This document shows positions 1 through 7,515 of a DNA stretch of 55,177 nt, in pieces. Where the stretch lies: the NCBI GenBank assembly GCA_019247925.1, contig JAFBAG010000342.1, positions 1-55,177 of the forward strand. The letters run 5' to 3'. A program made the position numbers and the translations under genes. Under the pieces are notes generated by a model. That model was not told where the DNA came from. It was given only the letters and a program-made list of their open reading frames with translations, and made no database searches. Numbering within the stretch: the stretch's first letter is position 1; each line of letters starts with the position of its first letter. The stretch comes from Pseudolabrys sp. (lineage in GTDB: Bacteria; Pseudomonadota; Alphaproteobacteria; Rhizobiales; Xanthobacteraceae).

Positions 1-305
1 AACGCGACGGCAACGACCAAGCCGACATGCTCGAATTGCGGGAATACCAAACCCGTCGCCGCCATCAATCCCGCGCTCGCCATGAGGAGAGCGCGCAGAT
101 CGTGCCGGGGCGCGACAAAGCCGATACCGAGCGTCAGCAATGCAGTGCCGAGCAGGGCCGAGGTCGCGACTAATCCTATCTGCGCCGCGTCATAGCCAAG
201 CGCTGCGAGATAAGCCGGCAAGATGATGATGGCGAAGCCGTCGCCGAAGCCGCGCAAGCCGCGAGCGGTGAGAAGGAGCAAAATATCTTTGTAGCGGCGC
301 GTCAT
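1..305 (-). CDS. MFS transporter (5' part, runs off the window start)
   Basis: Manual translation of the minus strand from ATG at 305 gives MTRRYKDILLLLTARGLRGFGDGFAIIILPAYLAALGYDAAQIGLVATSALLGTALLTLGIG, a hydrophobic MFS-type N-terminus. ATGA overlap with the DUF1127 stop. Confidence 0.8.
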   Translation of the reverse strand, partial: MTRRYKDILLLLTARGLRGFGDGFAIIILPAYLAALGYDAAQIGLVATSALLGTALLTLGIGFVAPRHDLRALLMASAGLMAATGLVFPQFEHVGLVVAVA

Positions 306-538
306 TTCCAGAATGGCTTTCTTGCAGCAGCAACCGCTTGATCGCGCGTCAGGCCGATATCGTCCAGAAGGCGGTCGTCAAGATCGAGCAATTGCTGGCG
401 CTGGCGGTGGCGCTCGAACAGGAAGGCAGTGTCGCGCAGCGCCGCGCGAATGTCGGGAACGGTCAGAAAGCTCCGCCAGCGCTGCGGAACTACGAATTCG
501 TTTTGCTTTGGTGTGCAGGTTTTGCTGCCGCAAGACAT
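302..538 (-). CDS. DUF1127 (YjiS-like) small protein
   Basis: Family signature RQRQQLLDLDDRLLDDIGLTR...KPFWK; GGAG RBS upstream. Confidence 0.9.
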   Translation of the reverse strand: MSCGSKTCTPKQNEFVVPQRWRSFLTVPDIRAALRDTAFLFERHRQRQQLLDLDDRLLDDIGLTRDQAVAAARKPFWK

Positions 539-671
539 GCCTCATCTCCGCTTCAGGAGAGAGACAACGCTTGGCTGCAAGCAGCTAATGGGCGGTTGCC
601 GTTAGCCCAGCCCCTTTTTAGCGCAACCGTCCTTTCGGGACAAGCCAAGAAGAAGGCGGGATAAGCCGCGC

Positions 672-703
672 TTGACAGAACCGGATCTAGGATTATTTTC
701 TTA
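672..703 (+). promoter_or_regulatory. Sigma70-type promoter overlapped by a near-palindrome
   Basis: Exact TTGACA at 672-677 and AT-rich TATTTT at 694-699 (16-nt spacer). TAGGA-N6-TCTTA inverted repeat at 688-703. Confidence 0.55.
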
Positions 704-710
704 CACACTT

Positions 711-975
711 CGCCGTCGGCGCGTCATGAAACGCCGGGCGGATGGAGCGCCAGGAGGGCGCTGCACCCCGATCGCAAGGGGTGCGCGCGCCTCGCAAGCG
801 CGCGGTGGCCGATCGCAAGGCCACCGAGAGGCCTCGCAAGCCTCTCGCGCCCTCCCGGCGCTCCATTCCCCTTCGGGGAAACGGAAAAAGGGATACCGGC
901 GTGCCCGCGCCGTTCAAGAACAGGGCCGCTTTCGTATGAGCGAAAATAGCAGGGTGGGTTGCCTGCTCCACCCCG
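711..975 (+). ncRNA. Candidate structured ncRNA or leader with a five-way junction (unassigned family)
   Basis: Outer stem 742-761/847-866 encloses four contiguous perfect hairpins (763-784, 785-803, 804-825, 826-846) whose loops all end in TCGCAA. Further hairpins at 711-740, 866-880, 897-912, 930-945 and 952-973. Confidence 0.65.
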
Positions 976-1035
976 CCATCGCATAGTCGCGCCGCCTTCA
1001 CGGCCCAATAAAAATTCAGCCCGCGGGAGTACGAA

Positions 1036-1887
1036 ATGAAGCTTGTGCGTTATGGAGCGCCCGGCAAGGAAAAGCCCGGCATCATCGACAAGGATGGCAA
1101 GATCCGTGACTTGTCGAAGATCGTCGCCGACATCGACGCCGAGGCGCTGTCGCCCGCCGGCCTCGCGAAGATCAAGAAGGCGGATATCCGCAAGCTTAAA
1201 GTCGTCCCCGGCAAACCGCGGCTCGGCCCCTGCGTCTCGCGCAAGGCGGTCGGCAACTTCATCGCGATCGGCCTGAATTACGCGGACCACGCCGCCGAGG
1301 CCGGCATGCCGCTGCCCAAGGAGCCGATCATCTTCAACAAGGCGCCGTCCTGCATCTGCGGCCCGAACGACAACACCATCATCCCGAAGGGCTCGAGCCA
1401 GCTCGACTACGAGGTCGAGCTCGGCATTGTGATCGGCTCGCCGGCGCTCAATCTCGACAAGAAGAACGCGATGAAGGTCGTCGCCGGTTATTGCATCGGC
1501 AATGACGTGTCCGAGCGCGATTTCCAGATCAACCGACACGGCACATGGATCAAGGGTAAAGGCTGCCCAAGTTTCGGCCCGCTTGGCCCCTGGATGGTGA
1601 CCAAGGACGAGATCAAGAACCCGCAGAACCTCGACATGTGGCTCGACGTCAACGGTCAGAAGCGCCAGCGCGGTAACACCAAGACGATGGTATTCGATGT
1701 CGAGCACATCGTCTGGTACTGCTCGCAGTTCTTCAAGATGGAGCCGGGCGACGTCATCGTCACCGGCACGCCGCCTGGCGTCGCGCTCGGCATGAAGCCG
1801 AAGCCGGTCTGGCTCAAGGCGGGCGACGTCGTGACGTTGGGCATCGAAGGGCTGGGCGAGCAGCGCCAGAAGGTTGTCGCGCGCTAG
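1036..1887 (+). CDS. Fumarylacetoacetate hydrolase (FAH) family protein
   Basis: IGLNYADH, DYEVELG, NDVSERD, GKGCPSFGPLGP and TGTPPGV motifs; GGGAG RBS. Confidence 0.93.
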   Translation: MKLVRYGAPGKEKPGIIDKDGKIRDLSKIVADIDAEALSPAGLAKIKKADIRKLKVVPGKPRLGPCVSRKAVGNFIAIGLNYADHAAEAGMPLPKEPIIFNKAPSCICGPNDNTIIPKGSSQLDYEVELGIVIGSPALNLDKKNAMKVVAGYCIGNDVSERDFQINRHGTWIKGKGCPSFGPLGPWMVTKDEIKNPQNLDMWLDVNGQKRQRGNTKTMVFDVEHIVWYCSQFFKMEPGDVIVTGTPPGVALGMKPKPVWLKAGDVVTLGIEGLGEQRQKVVAR

Positions 1888-1894
1888 GGCTACC

Positions 1895-1930
1895 AAAAGA
1901 AAAACCCCGGGCCTGCGCCCGGGGTTTCTG
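1895..1930. terminator. Intrinsic terminator between convergent genes (U-tract best on the minus strand)
   Basis: Stem aaaccccgggc(1902-1912)/gcccggggttt(1917-1927), flanked by an A-tract on the left and ttt on the right. Confidence 0.85.
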
Positions 1931-1951
1931 GTTCAATCCCTTAAACCGGTC

Positions 1952-2611
1952 TTAGAAGCGGTAGTTCACGCCAGCGCGAACGACGTGGCTGTTGAAGCTG
2001 ACATTGTTCGGCGGCGGGCCGCAGGTGCCGCAGGTGAAGCTGCCGAGATCGACGTAGAGGTATTCGGCCTTCACACTCCAGGCCGAGAAGATTGCGTATT
2101 CAACACCCGCGCCGATCGTCCAGCCGAAACGGGTGGAGCTGGTCGTGCCGCCCGGAGCGATTGCTTCGAGGCCGCCAAAGGCCGCGCCGGCAGTCAGGTA
2201 GGGCAAGAAGCTGCCCCAGCCGCCGTAGCCGATACGGGCGCGCGCGGTGCCGAGCCAGCGATCGCGCATTTCGCAGGTGCCGCCGGTGCAGCCCAGGCTG
2301 TCTTTCATGCCGGAGTACGAGAGGTCACCCTCGATGCCCCAAACGATCGAGCCGGTCTGAATGTTGTAGCCAATCGTGCCGCCGGCGAGGAAGCCAGCCG
2401 GCTTCGGCGCGACGCCAGGCGCCGGAGCTTCCCAGTTGGAGCGGCCGAAGCCGTAGCCGATGACGGCGCCAACGTAGAGGCCGCTCCAGCTGAAAGCCGC
2501 GGGCGCGACATAAGACGGCGCTTTATAGCGAGGCAGGTCAGCGGCGTTCGCCGCCAACGGAGCCGCAAGCAGTGCGGCAAAAATTCCGAGTGTGATCTTT
2601 CTCAAGGTCAT
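1952..2611 (-). CDS. Omp25/RopB-family outer membrane beta-barrel protein
   Basis: Signal peptide ending ANA-ADLP, FSWSGLYVG, GWTIGAGVEY, KAEYLYVDLG and C-terminal NYRF. Start moved to ATG 2611. Confidence 0.92.
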   Translation of the reverse strand: MTLRKITLGIFAALLAAPLAANAADLPRYKAPSYVAPAAFSWSGLYVGAVIGYGFGRSNWEAPAPGVAPKPAGFLAGGTIGYNIQTGSIVWGIEGDLSYSGMKDSLGCTGGTCEMRDRWLGTARARIGYGGWGSFLPYLTAGAAFGGLEAIAPGGTTSSTRFGWTIGAGVEYAIFSAWSVKAEYLYVDLGSFTCGTCGPPPNNVSFNSHVVRAGVNYRF

Positions 2612-2727
2612 GTTTCGAACGGTCCTTCCGCCTGGTCTACTAGCGCGGCGGGAGATCGCGAGATCAACCCGGACGCATGGTTTGCTTTGGCGCAACATGC
2701 GCCTTTCCGCACTCTGACCGGGTTTGG

Positions 2728-2746
2728 TTAATTGCAGGTTAACCAT
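2728..2746. promoter_or_regulatory. CtrA binding box
   Basis: TTAA-ttgcagg-TTAACCAT is an exact TTAA-N7-TTAAC match, about 120 bp upstream of the porin start. Confidence 0.8.
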
Positions 2747-2793
2747 GACAGGCCGCGGTATTCGCGTGCCTTTTTGCATCGATGACTCGGCGC

Positions 2794-3852
2794 TCAGCCG
2801 CGCGCGCCGAGCAGTGATTCTATCGAGATTCGCGACCACGCCGCGCTGCGCGCGCGGAACGCCAGATAGGATTCGTGGATCTTGCGTGTCGCGGCGTCCC
2901 GCGCCGCGAGTTCGGCGACAATATCGCGCGCCTGCGTGCGCGCGGCCGCGACGAGATCATTGGGAAATGCGCGCAGCTGCACGCCGTGCTGTCCGGTCAG
3001 GGCCTCCAATGCCAACGCATTGAGCCGCTCCATCTCGGCGAGTGCGTAACTGGCTTCGGCCGCGCAGGCATGCGCGACAATGCCCTTGAGCGCATCATCG
3101 AGTGCGCGCCATGCGCTCAGCGCGACGATGCATTCGCCGGTGCCGTTCGGCTTGTTGAACCCGGGATAATAGTAAAACGGCGCCACGCGATAGAGGCCGA
3201 GCGCGATGTCGGACCCAGGACCGACGAATTCCGCGCCATCAATGACGCCGGTTTGCAGGCTGGTGAGGATCTCACCCGGCGGCGTGGTCTGCGGCGTCGC
3301 GCCGAGCCTGCGGTAAACCTCGCCGCCGAGGCCGAGCGAACGCAACTTGAGGCCGCGCAAATCGGCTAGGCTGCGGACTTCGCGGCGAAACCAGCCGCCC
3401 ATGCAAACGCCGGTATTGCCCCCCATGAATGGCTTCACGCCAAACGGCGCATAGAGATCGTCCCACATCTGCTGGCCGCCGCCGGCATCGATCCACGCGA
3501 CGTGCTCGGCCGGCGTCAGTCCGAACGGCACCGTGGTGAAGAAGGCCGCCGCCGGCGTTTTGCCTTGCCAATAGAACGACGCGGTGTGACCGATTTCGGC
3601 CACGCCATTGCCGACCGCGTCGAGCACTTCGAAGGCGGGGACGAGTTCACCCGCCGCATGCACCGAAATCTCGAGGCGACCGTTCGACAGCGTGCGAATG
3701 CGCTCGGCGATACGTTCTGCCGACATTCCCGGTCCCGGCAGGCGCTTGGGCCAGGACGTCACCATGCGCCATTTCAGTGTTTGCGCGCGCGCGACAGCCG
3801 GCGCAGCGACGCTCAGCCCAAGCACAGCGACAAATTTGCGGCGTGTCGTCAT
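2794..3852 (-). CDS. TRAP transporter substrate-binding protein (TakP-like), Tat signal
   Basis: MTTRRKF twin-arginine signal, WRMVTSWP, YWQGK, MGGWF, GLKLR and DGAEFVGP motifs. ATGA overlap with the thiD stop. Confidence 0.9.
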   Translation of the reverse strand: MTTRRKFVAVLGLSVAAPAVARAQTLKWRMVTSWPKRLPGPGMSAERIAERIRTLSNGRLEISVHAAGELVPAFEVLDAVGNGVAEIGHTASFYWQGKTPAAAFFTTVPFGLTPAEHVAWIDAGGGQQMWDDLYAPFGVKPFMGGNTGVCMGGWFRREVRSLADLRGLKLRSLGLGGEVYRRLGATPQTTPPGEILTSLQTGVIDGAEFVGPGSDIALGLYRVAPFYYYPGFNKPNGTGECIVALSAWRALDDALKGIVAHACAAEASYALAEMERLNALALEALTGQHGVQLRAFPNDLVAAARTQARDIVAELAARDAATRKIHESYLAFRARSAAWSRISIESLLGARG

Positions 3853-4661
3853 GGCGTTCTCCAATGCGCATGAAAATGGTGCAGCGGTCCGCTGCCCTGC
3901 CCGATCGCAAGATCGTCGGCAGCCGCGATCGCACCCGAGACATATTCCTTGGCGCCGCGCACGGCGTCGATGAGGTTGACGCCTTTGGCGAGACCCGCGG
4001 CGATCGCCGATGATAGCGAGCAGCCGCTGCCATGGGTGTTTTTGGTCACGATGCGCTTCGTAGCGAAGCGGATGCTGGGAGCCAGCCGCCGGCCGACCAG
4101 AATATCGACGCTCTCGGCGCCCTGCGCGTGTCCGCCTTTCATGAGGACATTCTGCGCGCCTTCGGTGAGAAGAGACCACGCCTGCCCTTCCATCTCCCGC
4201 TCGTCGCGCGCCAGCGACGCGCCCGTGAGCGCCGCGGCTTCGGGCAGATTGGGTGTGATGATCAGCGCAAGCGGAAATAGCTCCTCGCGCAATGCGGCAA
4301 TGGCGTCGTCCTGAAGGAGTTTGTCGCCCGAAGTCGCGACCATCACCGGGTCAAGCACCATGTTCTTTGCGTTGTGCCGTTTGAGACCATCGGCCACAGC
4401 CTCGATGACGCCGCGGTTCGAGAGCATGCCGATCTTCACGGCATCGACCTTGAGATCGCTAAAAACCGCGTCGATCTGGGCGTTGACGAAATCCGGAGGC
4501 ACGTCGTGGATGCCGCTGACGCCTTTGGTGTTCTGCGCCGTCAATGCGGTGATGACGGAAGCGCCATAGACCCCGAGCGCCGAGAACGTCTTCAGGTCAG
4601 CCTGAATCCCGGCGCCGCCGCTGGAGTCGGAGCCTGCGATGGTCAGTGCGATTGCGGTCAT
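3849..4661 (-). CDS. thiD: Hydroxymethylpyrimidine/phosphomethylpyrimidine kinase
   Basis: LTIAGSDSSGGAGIQADLKT, VKIGML, ITPNLPEA and THGSGC motifs. Confidence 0.97.
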   Translation of the reverse strand: MTAIALTIAGSDSSGGAGIQADLKTFSALGVYGASVITALTAQNTKGVSGIHDVPPDFVNAQIDAVFSDLKVDAVKIGMLSNRGVIEAVADGLKRHNAKNMVLDPVMVATSGDKLLQDDAIAALREELFPLALIITPNLPEAAALTGASLARDEREMEGQAWSLLTEGAQNVLMKGGHAQGAESVDILVGRRLAPSIRFATKRIVTKNTHGSGCSLSSAIAAGLAKGVNLIDAVRGAKEYVSGAIAAADDLAIGQGSGPLHHFHAHWRTP

Positions 4662-5311
4662 CGCGCTCGCCTTTCCTTCAGCGCGCCGTCGATGATGCTG
4701 CGCAGTGCGCGCGCGGCCTGCGCCGGGTCTGCTGCCATCGACAAGGCGGAAATGACGGCAACGCCGTCGGCGCCCGCCGCAATCACCGGCGCGGCATTGC
4801 TGGCATCGATACCGGCGATGGCGGTCACCGGCATTTGCGGGGCGCGTCTGCGTAGCGCGTCGAGAATTTTTTTGAAACCGTCGAGGCCGACCGGCTGCGG
4901 ATTATCCTTCGACTGGGTCAGAAACACGCCGCCGATCGCGCAATAGTCGAGCTGCGCGATCGGCGCCGCTTTCGCTTCTTCGACCGTCTTGAGGCTGAGG
5001 CCGATGATGGCCTTGGGCCCGAGCAGCCGGCGCGCATCGGCGGCATCCATGTCGTCCTGGCCAATGTGCACGCCCTCCGTGCCGGCGGCGAGCGCGACAT
5101 CGACGCGGTCATTGATGACCAGCGGCACGCCGCTAAGCGCTGCGCGGATCTCGCGCGCCTCTGCGATCATGCGGCGCGTATCGCCGTGCTTGTCGCGTAG
5201 CTGAACGAGCGTGCAAGCGGGCGCGATCAGCCGTGCAATGGCAGCCAGCGCGCGGCCATTGGCGCGCTCGGGATCGAGCAAGGCGTAAAGGCTGAGGTCG
5301 ACGGGGTTCAT
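4658..5311 (-). CDS. thiE: Thiamine-phosphate synthase
   Basis: VQLRDK, INDRVDVALA, GVHIGQDD, TQSK and AIAGI motifs. Confidence 0.95.
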   Translation of the reverse strand: MNPVDLSLYALLDPERANGRALAAIARLIAPACTLVQLRDKHGDTRRMIAEAREIRAALSGVPLVINDRVDVALAAGTEGVHIGQDDMDAADARRLLGPKAIIGLSLKTVEEAKAAPIAQLDYCAIGGVFLTQSKDNPQPVGLDGFKKILDALRRRAPQMPVTAIAGIDASNAAPVIAAGADGVAVISALSMAADPAQAARALRSIIDGALKERRAR

Positions 5312-6078
5312 GACACTTTAGCCCGCTTGGCCAATGTCGCCTCGTCGAGATTGAACAGCGCGTCGAGAATGTTCACTGCGAATGAACCCGGTCCCCGCGC
5401 GCTTTCGCCGGCGATCTCTCCGGCGATACCGAGGATCAGCAGCGCCCCGGCGCTGGCGGTGAAGGCGTCCTTGCCGCTCGTGAGGCAGGCTGCCGTGAGC
5501 GCGGAGGCCGCGCAGCCCATTGCGGTGACCCGGGCCATATGCGGATGGCCATGCGAAAACGAAATGACCTGCGCGCCGTCGGCGACCCGGTCCGTCGCTC
5601 CAGACAGCGCGATCACCGTGCCGCTTTGCGCCGCAAACGCACGCATGGCCGCGGGCTCCGGATCGCCGCCGAGTGCCTTGAGTTCGGCCGCGTTCAATCG
5701 CACCGCGGCGGGCTTCTTCGCCAGCAGCGAGCGGGCGAAACCGGCGCGTGCGCTGGAACGATCAATGAGTACGGGGTCGAGCACCCAAGGCTTACCCTGA
5801 TGCCGGGCAACCTCGAGAGCGATTAAAACCGCTTCGCGGCGTTCGCCGTCGAACGTCCCCAGATTGACGAGCAGCGCGTCGGCGCTCTCGACAAAGGCGC
5901 CGATCTCCGCCGCCGAGATCGTCATCGAGGGCACGCAGCCCGCCGCGAGCAGGACATTGGCAGTGAAGGTTTGCGCTACGGAATTGGTGATGCAGTGGAT
6001 ACGCGGGGCGCGCTCGCGCAACGCGGCGAGAAGCTCGCCCGCAGCACGCGGAAGGTCGGCAGTTGTGGCAGCGCGCAT
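5308..6078 (-). CDS. thiM: Hydroxyethylthiazole kinase
   Basis: IHCITNSV, ANVLLAAG, NLGT, WVLDPV and VTAMGC motifs. Start moved to ATG 6078, just 3' of the riboswitch. Confidence 0.93.
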   Translation of the reverse strand: MRAATTADLPRAAGELLAALRERAPRIHCITNSVAQTFTANVLLAAGCVPSMTISAAEIGAFVESADALLVNLGTFDGERREAVLIALEVARHQGKPWVLDPVLIDRSSARAGFARSLLAKKPAAVRLNAAELKALGGDPEPAAMRAFAAQSGTVIALSGATDRVADGAQVISFSHGHPHMARVTAMGCAASALTAACLTSGKDAFTASAGALLILGIAGEIAGESARGPGSFAVNILDALFNLDEATLAKRAKVS

Positions 6079-6081
6079 CTC

Positions 6082-6172
6082 TGCTCCCTCCGCCGGCATG
6101 ACCCGGATCAGGTTCGTTGGGTTGGCCTTGCGGCCTCTCAGCCCGGCACCGCCGGACACCCCACGAGATTGC
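6082..6172 (-). ncRNA. TPP riboswitch (THI element)
   Basis: Minus strand reads GGGGTGTCC...GGGCTGAGA...ACCC..CGAACCTGATCCGGGTCATGCCGGCGGAGGGA, the canonical TPP aptamer motifs, directly upstream of thiM. Confidence 0.95.
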
Positions 6173-6251
6173 AGCCGAAAGCTAGTGCGCGTGGGCCTGC
6201 CTTGCAAGCGCCGCGCCTTTTTGCTGGATTTGCCAGATTGAGGAAAGCGAA

Positions 6252-6491
6252 ATGAAGCCGTTCTTCGTCCAGATCAAATGCCAGCTCGGCAAATCGTATG
6301 AGGTGGCGAACCGCCTCGCCGAAGCCGAAATCGCCTCCGAGGTCTATTCGACCGCGGGTGAATTCGACTTGCTCGTGAAGTTCTATGTCGATGACGGCGT
6401 AGACATCGGCCATTTCGTCAATGAAAAGGTCCAAAGCGTGCCGGGTATTCAAGACACCCGCACCATCATCACCTTCAAGGCCTTCCAGTAA
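6252..6491 (+). CDS. Stand-alone Lrp/AsnC ligand-binding (RAM) domain protein
   Basis: 79 aa with EVYSTAGEFDLLVK and VPGIQDTRTII; no HTH; GAGGA RBS. Confidence 0.88.
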   Translation: MKPFFVQIKCQLGKSYEVANRLAEAEIASEVYSTAGEFDLLVKFYVDDGVDIGHFVNEKVQSVPGIQDTRTIITFKAFQ

Positions 6492-7421
6492 TCAGGTGGG
6501 CGCGCGCGGTCCTGCTTCCTCGAGCCTGCGCTTGAGGCCGAGCTGGCGTTCGCGCCAGATCACGAACAAGCCGGCACCCGCGACGATCGCCGCGCCCACA
6601 TAAACCAGCGCGGTCGGCAATTCGCCGAATAGCCAGAAGCCGAAAATCAGCGCCCACAGCATGGCGCTGTAGTCGAACGGCGCCAGCACCGAGGCGCTGG
6701 CGAAGCGATAGCTTTCCGTCAGGATCAGATGGGCGATGCCGCCAAGAATGCCCATCGATACCAACATGGCGAGTTCGCCCCAGCTCGGCGTGTGCCAGGC
6801 AAACGGCAGCGTCACCGCGCCGGCGATGGCGCATGACAGGGAGAAATAAAACACGATCGATGGCGTGGTCTCGCTCGAGGTCAGCCGGCGTGTCTGAATG
6901 ACGGTACCGGCATTAAACAGCGCCGCGAGGAGCGCGAATATCGCGCCCGCCGTCGCCACGGCAAGGCCGGCGCCGCTGCTGTAATGGCTGAAGTCGAAAT
7001 GCGGGACCAGCATGACGATGACGCCAGTGAATCCGACAACGACGGCGCTCCAGCGGTAGATGCGCACCCGCTCCTTCAAAATCCAGGCCGCGAGCGCGAC
7101 CGTGATGAGCGGCGAGGCAAACGAGATAGCGGTCGCGTCGGCGAGCGGCAGGCGCGCGAGCGAAGCGAAATTGGAGAACATTCCGACGACGCTCAAAGTG
7201 CCGCGGCCGATATGGCCGAACGGCCTGTTGGTGCGTACCGCCTGCATCAGCTCGCGCCGAAAGGCGTAAATGACGACCACCGGAACGATCGCAAACAGCG
7301 CGCGGAAGAAGACGATCTGACCGACCGGCGCGACCTGCCCCATGATCCGCACCATCGCCTGCATGATGGTGAAAAGCAGCGCGGAGGCGAGCTTTAGCCC
7401 GATGGCTTTGAAGAGATTCAT
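6492..7421 (-). CDS. EamA/DMT family transporter
   Basis: About 10 hydrophobic segments; LPLADATAISFASPL, ILKERV and ASVLAPFDY motifs. Confidence 0.92.
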   Translation of the reverse strand: MNLFKAIGLKLASALLFTIMQAMVRIMGQVAPVGQIVFFRALFAIVPVVVIYAFRRELMQAVRTNRPFGHIGRGTLSVVGMFSNFASLARLPLADATAISFASPLITVALAAWILKERVRIYRWSAVVVGFTGVIVMLVPHFDFSHYSSGAGLAVATAGAIFALLAALFNAGTVIQTRRLTSSETTPSIVFYFSLSCAIAGAVTLPFAWHTPSWGELAMLVSMGILGGIAHLILTESYRFASASVLAPFDYSAMLWALIFGFWLFGELPTALVYVGAAIVAGAGLFVIWRERQLGLKRRLEEAGPRAPT

Positions 7422-7515
7422 ACGAGACTATGCATTGGGCTGGGCGCGTCGTCATGCATAACGTGAGCCGATCCGGCGCGTTCCGGCAACGCGATGAAGC
7501 GCCGCGGCCGGGCCT

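Noticed and set aside
742-866. Element as a tRNA or mini-CRISPR array
   Set aside because: No D-loop, T-loop or CCA features. The repeated part is a 6-8 nt loop rather than a 25-40 nt repeat with spacers, and there are no cas genes.
672-1001. ORFs 672..986 (+), 742..939 (+) and 693..1001 (-) as protein genes
   Set aside because: Arg/Ala-rich translations with no family motifs or good RBS; better explained by the GC-rich hairpin element.
724-1896. Long antisense ORFs (also 9852..11234, 11313..13043, 28385..30520, 45975..48164, 50868..52469)
   Set aside because: They lie opposite well-supported genes and are typical shadow ORFs of GC-rich codon usage.
3853-4179. N-terminal extension of the TRAP SBP
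   Set aside because: It overlaps thiD; the twin-arginine signal begins at ATG 3852.
6079-6207. N-terminal extension of ThiM in the ORF track
   Set aside because: It runs through the TPP riboswitch; ATG 6078 fits the RBS and family length.
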